This document shows positions 49,995 to 63,242 of a DNA stretch of 64,000 bases, piece by piece (positions within the stretch are counted from its first letter, which is position 1; every line of letters starts with the position of its first letter). Under the pieces are notes generated by a model. That model had not been told where the DNA came from, searched no databases, and was given only the letters and a program-made list of their open reading frames with translations. Origin of the DNA: Podarcis liolepis (taxonomy: Eukaryota); the NCBI GenBank assembly GCA_965112155.1, contig OZ218109.1. One strand, written 5' to 3'. The position numbers and the translations under genes are program-made.

Positions 49995-51265
49995 TACTAT
50001 AAGAAGAGAGCAAGAGGGCCCTTGAAGTTGCCAATCAGTAGTTAGCACCACCTGGGCAGCAGACGGAGCAGTCGCCTGGTCAGTTTTCTCAACTATAGGG
50101 AGGTGTACTGTATTTCTATTTAAATTATAGGAACTTGCACCAACTCAATTGGCATATGCACACAGACATCATCAATTTTGGTGATGCTCTCATTTATTCA
50201 TTTTTAGGCAATGTGTTAAGTGGACACTGTAAGTGCAGACGATATGGTGGAGGACAAAACAAAAGGCAAAGGCATTCTGCAGCTTCCTAATTTGTCTTCA
50301 GTGCTACAAACCTGGCTGAGAGTAGGAAAAAAACTTTCAAGAGGGGCAAATGGCCTGTACAGAAGAGTTTGGTAGGTCCCGGGGTAGGTGGCCAATAGCA
50401 CGCAGGCTGATGGGATGCCCGATGTATGTTGTCTATTCCTGTGGAAGCTGATTCTTTGGTGGAAAGGAAATTTGTAAGGGCCCCAGGCCTCTAGAGAAGA
50501 CTTGGGAAAAAGAACCACTCAGCCTAAACGTAGTAGGCTGAATGCTGATTATATTCATGCAACCCTAGCAAAGCCAATGGAGCAGTATGTAGTACAAGTT
50601 ATTAGCCGCCAGCCCTCCCGTTTTGCTTTAGAGTTCGAAACCTTATACTCCTGAAACTAGCAGAACTGGAACAGGAAGCCATATCCGTCTAAAAGCCACA
50701 GCCTATATTTATCTCGCCAATTAGCCTCCAATTTGGAGGCTAGCAATTTGTCCTGCTAATTTGCAATGAATATGTCATGTTTTCATTTGCCCTATTCCCG
50801 TAGGGGTGGATTTATTTTATTTTAAATTTGGGTTTAGCCATTCCTATGAATTTAAGGAGGGGGGGGGGATGAAGGAACATTCTTTCCAGAAGGGGAAATA
50901 TGAATGGCTTTATTGTTGAATTTGAAGTTATTTGCCACAGTATGACTAATGGACTGGTTCTGGCTTGCTAAGGATCATGCAATATTCAGGTTTTCACATT
51001 CATATATAGGATGCAACTTACTCTGAAAGGGGGAGTATTTTAAGTTACAGCCCCCTTCGTGATTATTAACAATGTGTAGTATGGGATGTGGTACGATGAT
51101 AATAATAATTCAACCAAAGAAGATAAAGATAGGCACATTATATTTGCTGTTTTGGAAAATGGGGCGGCCACTTTTAAATGAAACCAAGCCCAGGAAACAC
51201 ATCTGCTGAGTGGAAACACTTTATAGTAGTAAGTAGCAGGAACTAAGGAGTTGTAAGTAATTTCT

Positions 51266-51605
51266 TTTATTTCTTTTTTTTACATTTTTTATTAGTTTTT
51301 ACAATTTACATTCATATTCAAATAGTATTCGTAATAATCACACGCATAAAAGATTCCCTGAATCCTTGAACTTCCCTCTACGCCTCCATGGGTTCCATTT
51401 ACATTCCCTTTTTCTTTTACTGCATCTTATAAGTTCTCCATTTTCTTGAAATTCCCTATTTTCCCAAAGTTCTTGTTACAAGTGTTGTTACAATCCTGCC
51501 AAAGTTTTTAGTTGTTTACAGTGTTCTCCAAGATAAATTATATATATAAAAAATTCCCATTCCTTAGTAAAGTTTCTATCTTCTTGATTTCTGATCTTCC
51601 CGGTC
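51266..51605 (-). mobile_element. L1-type LINE 3' fragment
   Basis: The minus strand reads LTGKIRNQEDRNFTKEWEF (same family as 62769-63242), with an A-rich tail. 20-bp TSD aggagttgta(a/g)gtaatttct. Confidence 0.8.
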
Positions 51606-52983
51606 AGGAGTTGTAGGTAATTTCTATTCCCTTAGTTTAGTCACGTCTCCCTAACCTGAAAAGCACAACACACATTTCTGTGCGTGCACACATTTATTTA
51701 TATCCTGCCATTCTTCCATGATGAAACTCAAGTTGGTATTACATTGGATTCTTGGGCGGAGATCTCCCATACAGGCACTAATCGAACCCGAGGCTGCTCA
51801 GCTTCAGCAAAGTGGCTGCATCACATGCCTTTAGGCTGGGGGTAGCCAATATGGCGCCAGACCATATTGACCACCAACTTTGACCATTAGCCATTCTGGC
51901 TGCCGCTGATGGGCATTTTAGTACAACAAACATCTGGAGGGCACCATGTTCGCTACCCCTGCATCTTGGACATATGCCTTGCTGTTTAAGAAACCGTGTG
52001 TGAAAATGGCTACTGAGTGTTTGCTTCCCAGGCCTGGAAAGCCCCATTCTGGGAGTTAGGGCTGCATGCCCAATTATTTGTGTGAGAAGAGAGCAGGCAG
52101 CTGAATCCATCCCTTTCCTCCCCTTTCCCAACTAGATGATTGGTGCTATAGCCAGCAATCTGACTGTGCTGCTGTGGGTCTGGAACTATATACAACAACC
52201 CACTGCTGATTTTGCATGATGCTGGGTTATGGCCAACTAATATGAGACATATTAGTCTATCACATTATATAATAGGGATATATTTCATGCTTCAGCTGTC
52301 CTTGTTGGCCAGGGGGCTGTTGCTTTTTTCTTTGGGGGGTTGTCAAAACTTGGCTGTTTACTAACAGTTGCTACTCTTCAGGAGATAGGTCCCTCGGGGG
52401 CTCTGGAACCTATAGAAAAGTTTGATCTCCCAACCTAAAATGATTAATTTTTTTTCTTTTTCCCGTGGGGGCAAGGGAGAATCCAAAATACAAATCTTTG
52501 GGGATTCTTGTTTTTAACAGCTATCTTATTTTATTTGTGAGATTTTTCAGTCTCCTGGAATGCTTCAAAGAGGAGCTGTTCATATTCGCATGAATAATGC
52601 TTGCGGTTGACATGGAAATGGTGAGAGTGCGGTGTTTGCTGCTGGCCTTTTCAACCAAATAGTAGCACACGCGCATAAATCACACTCGTTTTTATTGCTT
52701 GTTGTAAAGAGCTCTGTGGATAATACCCTACTTTCTGTTGTTGCACGTGGCAGTCTGATAAGGCCAAGGTATGCTTCCGTGCTGCTCTTTGGCAAGCGAA
52801 TACATTGCTTTTGACAACTGCTGCAGACATTAAAAGTATCCCGCTGGGATGCTGAGCATATGAATGGTCTTAGACAGAGTCGGAAAGCTGGTCAGTCTGC
52901 CTAGTGTCAGACTGTGCTTGTGACTTCCAGATTACAGGGTCTTGTGCTAGCCTCACAATCCTCTCTGTCAGATGTATGAATTG

Positions 52984-53786
52984 CATACCCTATGATATTC
53001 CTCATATGAAAATAGGGACATTTCTCACTGGCCCCCCCATCCCTCCCCCCCACAGAGTATTTCCTATCAGAATAAGGGCGAGTTCCACCACTGCTACATC
53101 ATCATCATCATCATCATTTTTTATTTGTATGCCGCCTTTCCACAGTTAAAAAAACAACGCTCAAGGCGGCTTACAGCATAACAAGATTTACATAATTACA
53201 AAAGTCATAAACAATAAATCACATCAAAAAAGTACACAACCAAATGGGAAACAATTTCCACATAAATCAAAATCTAAAACTAAGAATACATCATTAGTAT
53301 CACAGTTTAAAATGACATAGGTAAAAAATAGCAGCAATTTAAACAAAAACCAAACAATGAAGCACATCCTCCACTGAACTGAGTAAACCCCTTAATTCCA
53401 ATCTTATTCTATTCTTTGGTGGATGTACAAAAAGAAAAACGCACTCCAATAAACACATTTTAGAAAGGGGCAAGATCAGAATGGATGCACAAAGTATTCT
53501 TATTTTTATATCGAGACTCTTTGCGCTCCGCTCCTCCTTGCTTGCTCTCCAGCAGCCACTACAAGCTGCCCAGGGGAGGAGCCCAGCAGCAGTGGCCAAG
53601 GAGAGGTAACAGGATGCTCCTTCCCCATCGCTCAGGACAAGCGCTGGCTCATCCTCCTTCTTGAGCTTGGCGGCGGCAGCAGCACTGGCAGGCGAAATAG
53701 GGACATTCCAGGATCAAATCAGAAGCTGGGGTGACTTTCATAATCCTAGGACTGTCCCTGGAAAATCAGGACGCTTGGACGGTATG
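52984..53786. mobile_element. Non-autonomous DNA transposon relic (CATACC...GGTATG ends) with an internal retro-insertion
   Basis: Short inverted ends, recurrent subterminal gggaca/tgtccc motifs, and a 6-bp flanking duplication gaattg. An L2-like tail with (CAT)n lies at ~53097-53340. Confidence 0.55.
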
Positions 53787-54272
53787 GAATTGATCAATAA
53801 CCACTGCCAGCGGAAGGTCACGACTGCATGGCTGGGCTGCAGAAATTGGAAGTGTCGAACCACCACTCAGAACCCCTGAAATTGCAGCTGTGCTTCATGT
53901 TTGTATTGTCACAGGAAGTGCAACCTGTTGCATCCTCCTTGCTGAAAGTGGGATAATGCATTATTTTGTTCTTCCTTGTTCCTCTGAAACAACAGAAGTG
54001 CAAGATGATATAGACATGGTCTTGGGATGAAGGTTTAGGCATATATTTAAACTGCTTATCTTAAAACCGTAAAGGTGGCTTCTAATAAAGTTAGATTAAG
54101 TACTAAATATTTTCAGTGTTCGTACTGCTTTCACTTCGGCTTTTGCTGAAATAAAAATGCGAACAGTCTACTTGTTTCTCTTTCACGTGTCATAAAACAC
54201 ACGCCAGTGAGAAAACTCTTCAGATCTCTCTTGAAGGAGGGAGAAAACTAATGCATTTTGTCTTTTATTTAG

Positions 54273-54426
54273 GTGTCAAACTGGTTTGCCAATGCAAGAC
54301 GTCGCCTTAAAAATACTGTCCGGCAACCAGACCTCAGCTGGGCTTTGCGAATCAAGCTGTACAACAAGTATGTTCAAGGAAATGCTGAAAGACTTAGTGT
54401 AAGCAGCGATGATTCATGTTCAGAAG
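54273..54426 (+). CDS. MKX: MKX coding exon 3 (homeodomain helix 3)
   Basis: Acceptor ttttatttag|GTG, then VSNWFANARRRLKNTVRQPDLSWALRIKLYNKYVQGNAERLSVSSDDSCSE. Phase-1 donor G|GTTTGT. Confidence 0.97.
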
Positions 54427-54925
54427 GTTTGTTTTCAATATATATTTTTGTAGATGTCCAAGCAAAGCCAGTAAAATTGAAAGTGGCCGGCAGTTCTCAA
54501 GGAGCTGGTGCTCTTGCAAGCTGCAACACATGTGCATGCTAAAATTTAAGAAGCATCCATTCTGGCTTTGAGGAAGATGAAATCCTGGAAGCCATAGGGC
54601 TTAGGTGATCCCTACTTTCTGTACTTTTTATTTCATTTTACAATGTTTTTATGACTGGCTATCCAGGCAGCTGATGGCTGTAGGACTTCGGTGGAAGCAC
54701 CTGCTAGGCATCAGAGCCTTGGTCCATTTTGTCTCCATTTTGGCCAAATGATGGCAGTTCAAGGAATTCTTTTGCCATCTGCTTCCACCTCTTCAGAATG
54801 AATTTTAGGTAGCCACTGTGTTTTCTCTTTTGCAAGGTGGAAATTATCCCTTGACAGATTGGGCTGCAGTTTCTAGGGCTATCTTTGCTGCCACAGACAC
54901 CCCAAAAAGTCAGGTCCATCTAGGC

Positions 54926-55060
54926 CAGGCATAGGCAAATTCAGCCCTCCAGTTGTTTTGGGACTACAACTCCCATCATCCCTAGCTAACAGGACCAGTG
55001 TTCAGGGATGATGGGAATTGTAGTCTCAAAACATCTGGAGGGTGAGTTTGCCTATGCCTG
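54926..55060. mobile_element. hAT-type palindromic MITE in an MKX intron
   Basis: TIR caggcataggcaaa and perfect 8-bp TSD atctaggc. Confidence 0.9.
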
Positions 55061-55377
55061 ATCTAGGCTCTTGTGCTACATTACTCCCTAAAATAATGGT
55101 GGTGATCACTCTGACAAAACACCAGCAACACTCCTGCATGTCATCAATAGATGTCCTTCAGTATATAAAACATATCCTGATCATAAATCACTCCATGTAA
55201 TTCTTATTGAAGATCCAAATAGTGCTCAGGAAATACCCTACCCCTTCTTCTAGTTTGAAGAAATAATCTGAAACTGGTTTTAGATGAGGCAGGGGAAGTG
55301 ACTGGTGGCATCTTAATGGATTTTCAAAATGGCCCTTCTGATCTAGTCTGATCTCACTTATCCTCTAAAAGATGAAT

Positions 55378-55381
<4 letters not shown>

Positions 55382-55425
<44 letters not shown>
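55382..55425. repeat. (TA)n microsatellite
   Basis: Visible directly in the sequence, ~45 nt upstream of an MKX acceptor. Confidence 0.95.
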
Positions 55426-55427
<2 letters not shown>

Positions 55428-55470
55428 AGATATAGGTAATGGTGTTCTCTGATGGGTCTTCTCTCTTCAG

Positions 55471-55806
55471 ATGGCGAAAACCCTCCCAGAAGCCATATGA
55501 ATGAAGGGGGATACAGCACGCCCGTTCATCACACCGTGATTAAGACTGAAAGCTCAGTAATTAAATCTGGAGTTAGACCAGAAGGAAGTGCCAATGAGGA
55601 TTATGTATCGCCCCCCAAATACAAAAACAGCTTGTTGAACCGCTACCTGAATGACTCGTTGAGGCACGTCATGGCCACAAATGCAGCCATGATGGAAAAA
55701 ACAAGGCAAAGGAATCATTCAGGTTCATTTAGCTCCAATGAATTTGAAGAGGAACTGGTGTCTCCGTCATCCTCCGAGACTGAAGGCAACTTTGTTTATC
55801 GGACAG
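55471..55806 (+). CDS. MKX: MKX coding exon 4 (repression-domain region); gene continues beyond window
   Basis: Acceptor ctctcttcag|AT, then (D)GENPPRSHMNEGGYSTPVHH...PPKYKNSLLNRYLNDSLRHVM...SETEGNFVYRT. Phase-1 donor G|GTAGGG. Confidence 0.97.
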
Positions 55807-56605
55807 GTAGGGTATAATTTCCAAATCTGTCGTGTTTTGTTCATTCATTCAACCTGGAAACAAATGTTATGGCTCCTGGTGGTGCTAATTGGTCTTCTCA
55901 GAGTGTTTATAATTCATGGCACTTTTAATATGGCAAGTACCATGAAAATGCAGCCATCTCATCAGCAACCTAGTGAGGTAGGTCATTGTGGGGGTTTTCT
56001 GGGGGTTTTTTGCAGATGGTTGTTTTCGGATGAGAGTGAATGACTTGGTTAGCCTCCCAAGTGTTCCTATGATAAACTGTGAAAACCAGTCAAAAGTTCC
56101 AACATGAGGACACAGCTCATTGGTCTACTTTGGCTCAGTTAAAATATAGTGGCTTTATGGGTGATCCAGAACCTCTTGGATAGCCATGATCGGTACTAGA
56201 TTATGAAATACAGTCTTATTAATTTGTGTATCCAAGCATGTGTATATACACTCTCTGTACTGCTTGTTTTTTCCTTCAAGAAAGGCACAAAAGAGTGTGT
56301 GTGACCGAAGGTAGGTGCTGGTGGAAGATATCTGAGTTTAGGCCACCAGTACTGAAATGGGTACTTGAAATATTCCTGCACACCTTTCTTCAGATAAATC
56401 CATATACAGATTGACAGCAATTACCAATTAGGAACTTAGCTGGGGTATTAATCATTCCAGCCATGGAAGATAGAAGTGCCTCATTCTTGAAGACCTGTGG
56501 GGAAGGGGTTGGTAAACTACAGATAACTGAAACTTTCTAAAACTGGATCAGTTCAGGGCATCCTTTGTTTGATCTTATCACATATATGGTATGCTTGGAT
56601 TAATA

Positions 56606-56791
56606 CAGTCATAACGTGGTTCTCGAATGGAATCCATTCCAGAATTCCATTCGACTTCCGACAATGTTTGAAAACCAAGGCACGGCTTCCGATTGGCTGC
56701 AGGAGCTTCCTGCACTCAGTCGGAAGCCAGGTTTGCGGCGTTCGGGAGCTAAAACGTTTGAGTCGCAAGGTGTTCGACAACCAAGGTACTG
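56606..56791. mobile_element. Tigger/pogo-like MITE
   Basis: Imperfect TIR cagtcataacgtggttctcgaa / ttcgacaaccaaggtactg with TA flanks. Confidence 0.7.
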
Positions 56792-57979
56792 TATAGTCAT
56801 CATCCCTGACCATTGGCCATGATGGTTGGAGCCAACATCCAACAACATTTGGAGAGCAACAGTTTGGGGAAGGCTGTTCAAGGCTTTTTGTGGGGGTTCT
56901 GAAGATTGCTTGGCTGGATTTCAGTCAGGCACGTTCTGTTTGGTTTAATCCTCACGATTTCCAGAACTTCAGCAGGTCTTCCACTTGAAGACTAAATGAT
57001 CACACTTTGAGTTGAGGGGGTTGGCTGGGTGCAGTATAACATAGTGCTCTAAAACATTTTGCGTAGAGTAGGAGCTGTGGTTGCATAGTTAGTGTTTTCC
57101 AAGTGAAATCTCTTGGTTTTTCGAAAGCTATTTTTCAACATTCCAAGTGCATTTGGTCTACATTATGTGATAATCGCCTGCCAAATTTTAGTTTTAAAAT
57201 GAGTGTTGTTCAAATGAGCACACGGTAACTTAAGACAAGTAAACTTCTGGTTTTCTATACTTACACAACTGGAATTTTAAAAACGGGCATAATCTTGAGT
57301 AATCAAATTGTTACTGGACTCTGTCTCTTGCCTGCCAGCATTTTAGCTTTGAGTGGGGAAAAAAGGCTCTTTTAATAGGCTGCGGCAGCTGTATGATAAC
57401 CGCTGCAGCATTAACGGGCTGAGCATTTGGAAAAACAAGCTACAAATTGTTACACAATCGCTCTAATCTCCCTGTTTTTATGTGTGCAGAACCTCTCCTA
57501 TTTAGCATGCAGTCACACTTACCTTTCACTGCAACACTTTTTTTATTCAAAGCGCAAAGCAACAAAGAGGTAGATTCATAGCATGTTCATAGCTGCAAAC
57601 AATTCTAGTGGGTTCCCCCCCACCCCGCGCATACTAAAACTGAAAGAACAAAATTTATTTTATACATGGCTTGGTGTTGTATTGAGCCCTTGCATCTACT
57701 TCTAAAATATATTATATTCCAGAATTTATTTTACTACTATCTTTTATAAACATCTTAGCCATCTTAGATCAGTCTGTTCCGTAAATGCCATGAAGATAAC
57801 TTGCATCTTTCCCCCCCTCTCTTTTTTTTAAATCCTCAGCAACGTATTATCATTTTCTGAGGTCTTCCGAAACGTCTGTATATAAAAACCCTAGTGGAAC
57901 TTAACAGCGTGTGGCTATTTTGACCTCTTTCCATGCATACAGTTTGGATTACAGAACCGAAAACATTTTCCAGAGGGGG

Positions 57980-58200
57980 AGCCATATAAGCCTGTTGCAG
58001 CAAAAAAAGGTCTTGTGGCACCTTTTTAAAGCCTGACACATTTATTATGGCATAAGCTTGAGTGGCCTGAAGCCCACTTCATCAGATGTATGAAATGCAA
58101 TCCTAAACTGGCAGGCATTTAACGGGATGGGCGGGGGAGTGAGGTCAGAAGGAAATGAAATGCAAAAAGAACAGACAGTGGCAATTATGTAAAAAGCAAA
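57980..58200 (-). mobile_element. Old Penelope-like terminal repeat fragment
   Basis: The reverse strand reads ctgatgaagtgggc...ccactcaagcttatgccataataaat...aaggtgccacaagac, the same layout as the 2415-2500 region. Confidence 0.6.
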
Positions 58201-58390
58201 ATAGTTAGCGGCCATTAACAAAGCCTATTTTCCAGAGGGCATTTGGAGGAGGAGAGACCTAATTGCCACTTAGTGGCTCCTTGTTGTACGTTCTAAATGG
58301 ATTCTGTGTGTTTTTCTGGATTTTGTTGTCTGTTTGTTTCTGTTGTAAACCTCTCCTGTGGCCTGAGCAAAATGGTTCAATAGAAACCAT

Positions 58391-58457
<67 letters not shown>
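58391..58457. repeat. (AAAG)n microsatellite
   Basis: Visible directly in the sequence. Confidence 0.95.
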
Positions 58458-58590
58458 GGTGTTGGCGATAATGTAAACTGTCTGGTATTCCAAGTCAGTT
58501 TCTGCCACGTTAATTACATCCTGCAGTGTTAGTTTGGAATGTTGGTTTGTGCAAGCTATCTTAAATCACAATTATTAGCATCCATACCAA

Positions 58591-58592
<2 letters not shown>

Positions 58593-58641
<49 letters not shown>
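58593..58641. repeat. (CA)n microsatellite
   Basis: Visible directly in the sequence. Confidence 0.95.
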
Positions 58642-58642
<1 letters not shown>

Positions 58643-59262
58643 TTATTTGTTATACTTTGCTGTTACATGAGACTCCCCACTGTTCTCCTACCATTCATCT
58701 TGACCCGAGTATAACATAATTGTTGCGATGAGACTGTATTGTTCGGAGTGATTGCCACTGGGGCCAGCCAATCAACATTCTGCACAGCCAGCTTCTGAAC
58801 TCAGTTCTCTTAAGAGGGTTATGTCATCCCCACCTGACAACTCACCAAACAGTGTGAATATAGCACGCTCTCTACTCATCCTAATGTCTGTGTGAAAATC
58901 AAAGTGGCAAAATTCTGTTCATCAGCACTTCTTGCTAAGAGCCAGATGATTAAAGCTTCTGAACCAACCACTCTACCACCCAGCATCTCGATTTAGTGTA
59001 GTTGTCAGCATGTAACGTGGCACCCCAGGGCTATGCTGCCCATGAGGCAGAGCAAACCAGCCACCGCTGGCAGTGGAATCCTGTGGGGCAGTGCCCCTGC
59101 GGGCATCCCATCTGCCCCTGCCGCCACTGCAGTCACATGATGTCCCACTGGAAGCTGCCATTGGAGCCACACAACCCCAGTGAGCAAGGCTTCAGTGGGC
59201 AAGGAGTGGAGCTGGGCAGCCAGCACTGTTTGGCCTCTTTGCTATGCTGCTTATCCCAAATA

Positions 59263-59493
59263 CAGTGGTACCTCAGGTTACAGATGCATCAGGTTAGAGA
59301 CGCTTCAGGTTACAGACTCCACTAACCCAGAAATAGTACCTCGGGTTAAGAACTTTACCTCAGGATGAGAACAGAAATCACATGGCGGCAGTGGGAGGCC
59401 CCATTAGCTAATGTGGTACCTCAGGTTAAGAACAGTTTCAGGTTAAGAATGGACCTCCAGAATGAATTAAGTTCTTAACCCGAGGTACCACTG
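59263..59493. mobile_element. Tigger/pogo-like MITE (uninterrupted copy)
   Basis: TIR cagtggtacctc(a/g)ggtta, TA flanks, and internal caggtta repeats. Confidence 0.9.
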
Positions 59494-59896
59494 TAGTCTT
59501 TTGCTGGCCTGTAAGCGATAAAAATTGTGTTTGATTGCAATTTAGTGGAGGATCTGTGGTTATAACAACCAAGATGGATTGTTTGCTTAACAGCCGATTG
59601 GTACATGGAAAGGATATACTCAGAAGTTTCAAGTAGTGTTGAGTGGGAAGATTGTGGCTTTTGCCTCACCAATTTTTATGTATGAGTTGCGTTACCCAGA
59701 TTGTGGCAACTATGGAAAATGCATTGTATTTGGGTTTGATTTGGGTTGGATCTCAGGGCCAGCACTTGGTTTTGATATCAGAGGTTATTCCTGGAACATA
59801 GCAAGTAAGAATAGTTGTGAATGTCTCTGTGAAAGCACAGAGTGCATTGCCACCGAGTAGCCACAGCATGTCTGAGCTGAATTGAGCTCCTGACGG

Positions 59897-60050
59897 TATA
59901 CATTGCCTCCTTAAAGCTCATTATTTCCCTCAAAGAATTTTGGGCACTGTAGTTTGTTAACGGTTGCTGCGAATTATTCTGTCAGGAGTGTACACTACAG
60001 TGCCATGAATTCTTTGAGGGAAATAATGTGCTTCAAAGATGTAGTGTATA
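59897..60050. mobile_element. Palindromic MITE relic
   Basis: Arms cattatttccctcaaagaatt..ggcactgtagt / actacagtgcc..aattctttgagggaaataatg are reverse complements. Confidence 0.7.
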
Positions 60051-62768
60051 CACAGGCTTCGTCTTAACAGAAATTAAACTCTTAAGAATTTCAGTCCAGA
60101 GCTTATTTGAAAGCAGCAGCTCCAGATTGTATTGAGAAATTAAGAGCAGTGGACAACAGAACAAAGGAGAACTGAAAAGATGGGGCTGTCGTTGATTTTA
60201 TTTGCATTTGTGTTGGTAGGGAAGCCAGAGCAATTATAAATGAAGCAATTTAGATGGGGAGATCTTGAAAAGGCTGCTTTTGAAGACTCTTGCTTATTTT
60301 AGGTGTTTACATTGAGGGGAATTTGTGGGTTTGGATCTCTCCTCACTTTCTTATTGACTTCCCTTTTTGCCCCTCTATTTATGGTGCTTGACCTTTAATA
60401 TGTTCTGTAGCAATAGATGCAGCACCACAATTCCCAGTGGTTCTTCTGAAAAGTCAGAGTGCTCTACGTCTTAACTGAAAGACTGTTCAGAAGAGGCCAG
60501 ATTCATAGGTATACTGTCTTGTCTGCCTTGCCAAATTTTGTTGTTGTTTCCAGTTAACTTTTACAAAACTTAACATGTATTTTATTTTTTAAAATTTTGT
60601 TTTTTAAAAGGGCAATAAGTGCTACTCTTTTTTCCAGGACCATTCAGGGGCTTGCAAAAAAACAAAAAACAAACCCAAAACCCTCCTTTGAGCCACTCCT
60701 GAACACCTGAACTGCATTTTTGTGAAATGTGTTGTAGATTTCTCTAAAGGAAAGGGGTATTGTCGTCAAATGCCCACCCCTACAAAGTGCAAAACCAGAC
60801 TCATGCAGCAGGAAAATGAGGATATCAAATAAAGCATGAATTCACATTACTGATATGTAAAGGACGTGTAATACTTATGGGATATTTGTAAAAAAAAAAG
60901 AAAGAAAGAAAGAAGAAGAAGAAGTTGGCTAAAAGGCGTTTTAAAGCATTCTTGTTTTTTAAGCTCTTATCTTTAATTGCCACTGTAAGATGAATATTAC
61001 AGGTCCTGAAAACAGGTTGCATTTTGATACTACTTAATGAGACTGATGGTGGCTTCTACGGCAAGTGACAACCAAGTAGTTTCTATTGATTTTTTATTTT
61101 GATTTTTTAAAATGCATCTATAGAGTCAGCTAAACCATTTATGACATCAATCAGATTTATCCATTTTGGAATGGATAGGAATCTACTATCCTTGGTAATA
61201 TAACCTGCTCCTTGGCAATATAAAAGATGATACATGCACGTGTGACTCCTCCCTTTATAAAAAAGTATTCTGACCATGCATCCAAGATAGTGCTGAAATG
61301 CACTTGTCTTATTTGCATTTCTCTCTTGCCCTGTCGCTGATGCCTGGGTTCGGACATAATAGATAACATTGGTTTTGTGCTACGTGAATACATGCTCCTC
61401 TCTCCTTTTCCTTCCCTTCCTGGGGGGGGGGGGAGGATGAGAATCATCTGCTTCTGGTTTTAAACTAACCACAGTTCCCTGTGATGCTGGAGCTTGGAAT
61501 TGTGGATTGTTTAAACAATTATTACAGAATCAAACTGAGGTGTCTTTTTTTTTTTTTGGTGAAAGTTATCATTTAAAGTAAAGGGTTTCAACATCACAGG
61601 GGAGTGTGGTTGGTTTGAAACAAGAAGCAGATGCTTTTAATCTCTTCCTCCTGGTGTGTGGATGGGGGAAAGCAGCAGCCAGAGGCTTGGAGCTGCTTAT
61701 TAGTCATCTTATTTATTTTATTTTTATCTTGCACTTATAATCCTGCCTTTCTTCCACCGTGCAATCCAAGGAGATGTACATGTGGCTCTTAGGCAGCCTG
61801 CCACCCAGGCACTGGACCCAGTGGGGGCCTCATCTGCCTTCAGACAACACTCTAGGATCATTTTCAGATCCATCCTAAATTATGCCTTGAAGAGTTCACA
61901 AGAAATAATAAACACATAGGTTCAGTGGACACAATGATATATCTATGCTGTAATGCTTCATAATATAGTGTGTATATCTACATTAACATGATAACAAGCA
62001 CTACAATTTTTTCCCAAGTGTTGATAGACTTCAACAACCACAGCCTCAGCCAGCAAAGAATTGTATTCCACAACATCTGGAAGGCTAGATTATCCCCATC
62101 CCTGTTTTAGCAGGAAACCATGGTTTCCTGTTACCCCAGAACTGGGATTAAGTCTCAAGGTGAGCAACTACCACAATATATTGTTTTCATATTATTCACT
62201 TCCTTTTCTGTTTCTTCTCCAAATCTTTTGGACCAAAAAGGTAGCACTTAAAATAATTGTTGGGGTGCCTCTAAGAGCAAGTCGGCATTGTCACCTGGAG
62301 TTAAGCTAGAACAGGTTGTACAATTTTACCCCATCGCGCCTGCTCCTTGGTCTAGTGATACATTAGTTCTTCCTGCTTAATGTAAGACCCGCTGGAAGAT
62401 AATTTTGCTAGTTTTTAGCTGCTGAATTGCTTCTCACAACCCCACATACATGCTCAGACTTGGCAATGGTAAGTATTTTTTCAGAAAAGCCCCCTCAATT
62501 TTTATAATCCTGTGACGTTAAACTTTTGCAGCCTGTCACTGAACACACATACCACTGTCTTCCTTACTCACCCCAGGGACAGAAAATATCAGAGGATTTC
62601 ATCTCCCAACTTTCAGGATGCTCTTGAGCATAGGGAAATAGATAGCTATGGCGCCTCCAGTCCAACCGCTGTTGGTTGTGCTTTGGCAAAACAGAACAGG
62701 TGAGACACAGCAGAGATCCATGACTTTGAGGGGACCCTCTACAGCAAAGCAGCAGTGTGGGAGGTTTT

Positions 62769-63242
62769 ATATATATAATTTTTATTTGTTTTTGCACACG
62801 TATTCCAAACATAACATCCCATCTTATACAATATAACAAACCTTTGGCTATCACAGCCTAGGACTTCCGTCAACCTCGACTAATGGTTTTCTAACTTTCT
62901 TTCTGATTTTGCATTTTATTTTAATAGTTATTGCTATAAAATCCAAACACTAAATAAACTCCTTCTTAGTCCTTTTTTGCAATAATTCTCCTTACAATTG
63001 TTCTCCTTACAAAACTTCTTGCAACCCTACAAGCGACGTCAGTTGATTACAATTGTCTTTCAAAGATATCATAAATTTCTTCCAATCTTTCAGGAAAGTC
63101 TGGTCTTGCTGGTTCCGAATTTTCCCAGTTAATTTTGCCAACTTGGCATAGCCCATCAGTTTCATCTGCCAGTCTTCCTTTGTTGGTAGTTCTTCTTGCT
63201 TCCATCGCTGGGCTAATAGTATTCTTGCTGCAGTTGTCGCAC
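62769..63242 (-). mobile_element. L1-type LINE 3' fragment
   Basis: ATTAARILLAQRWKQEELPTKEDWQMKL...LTGKIRNQQDQTFLKDWKKF is an L1 ORF2 C-terminal pattern. A-rich tail and 13-bp TSD tgtgggaggtttt (62756-68, 63243-55). Confidence 0.85.

Noticed and set aside
59698-59735. ccag|...actatggaaaatg as a possible short next MKX exon
   Set aside because: There is no polypyrimidine tract, the frame does not give the expected peptide and there is no good donor. The remaining MKX exons were not found in the window.
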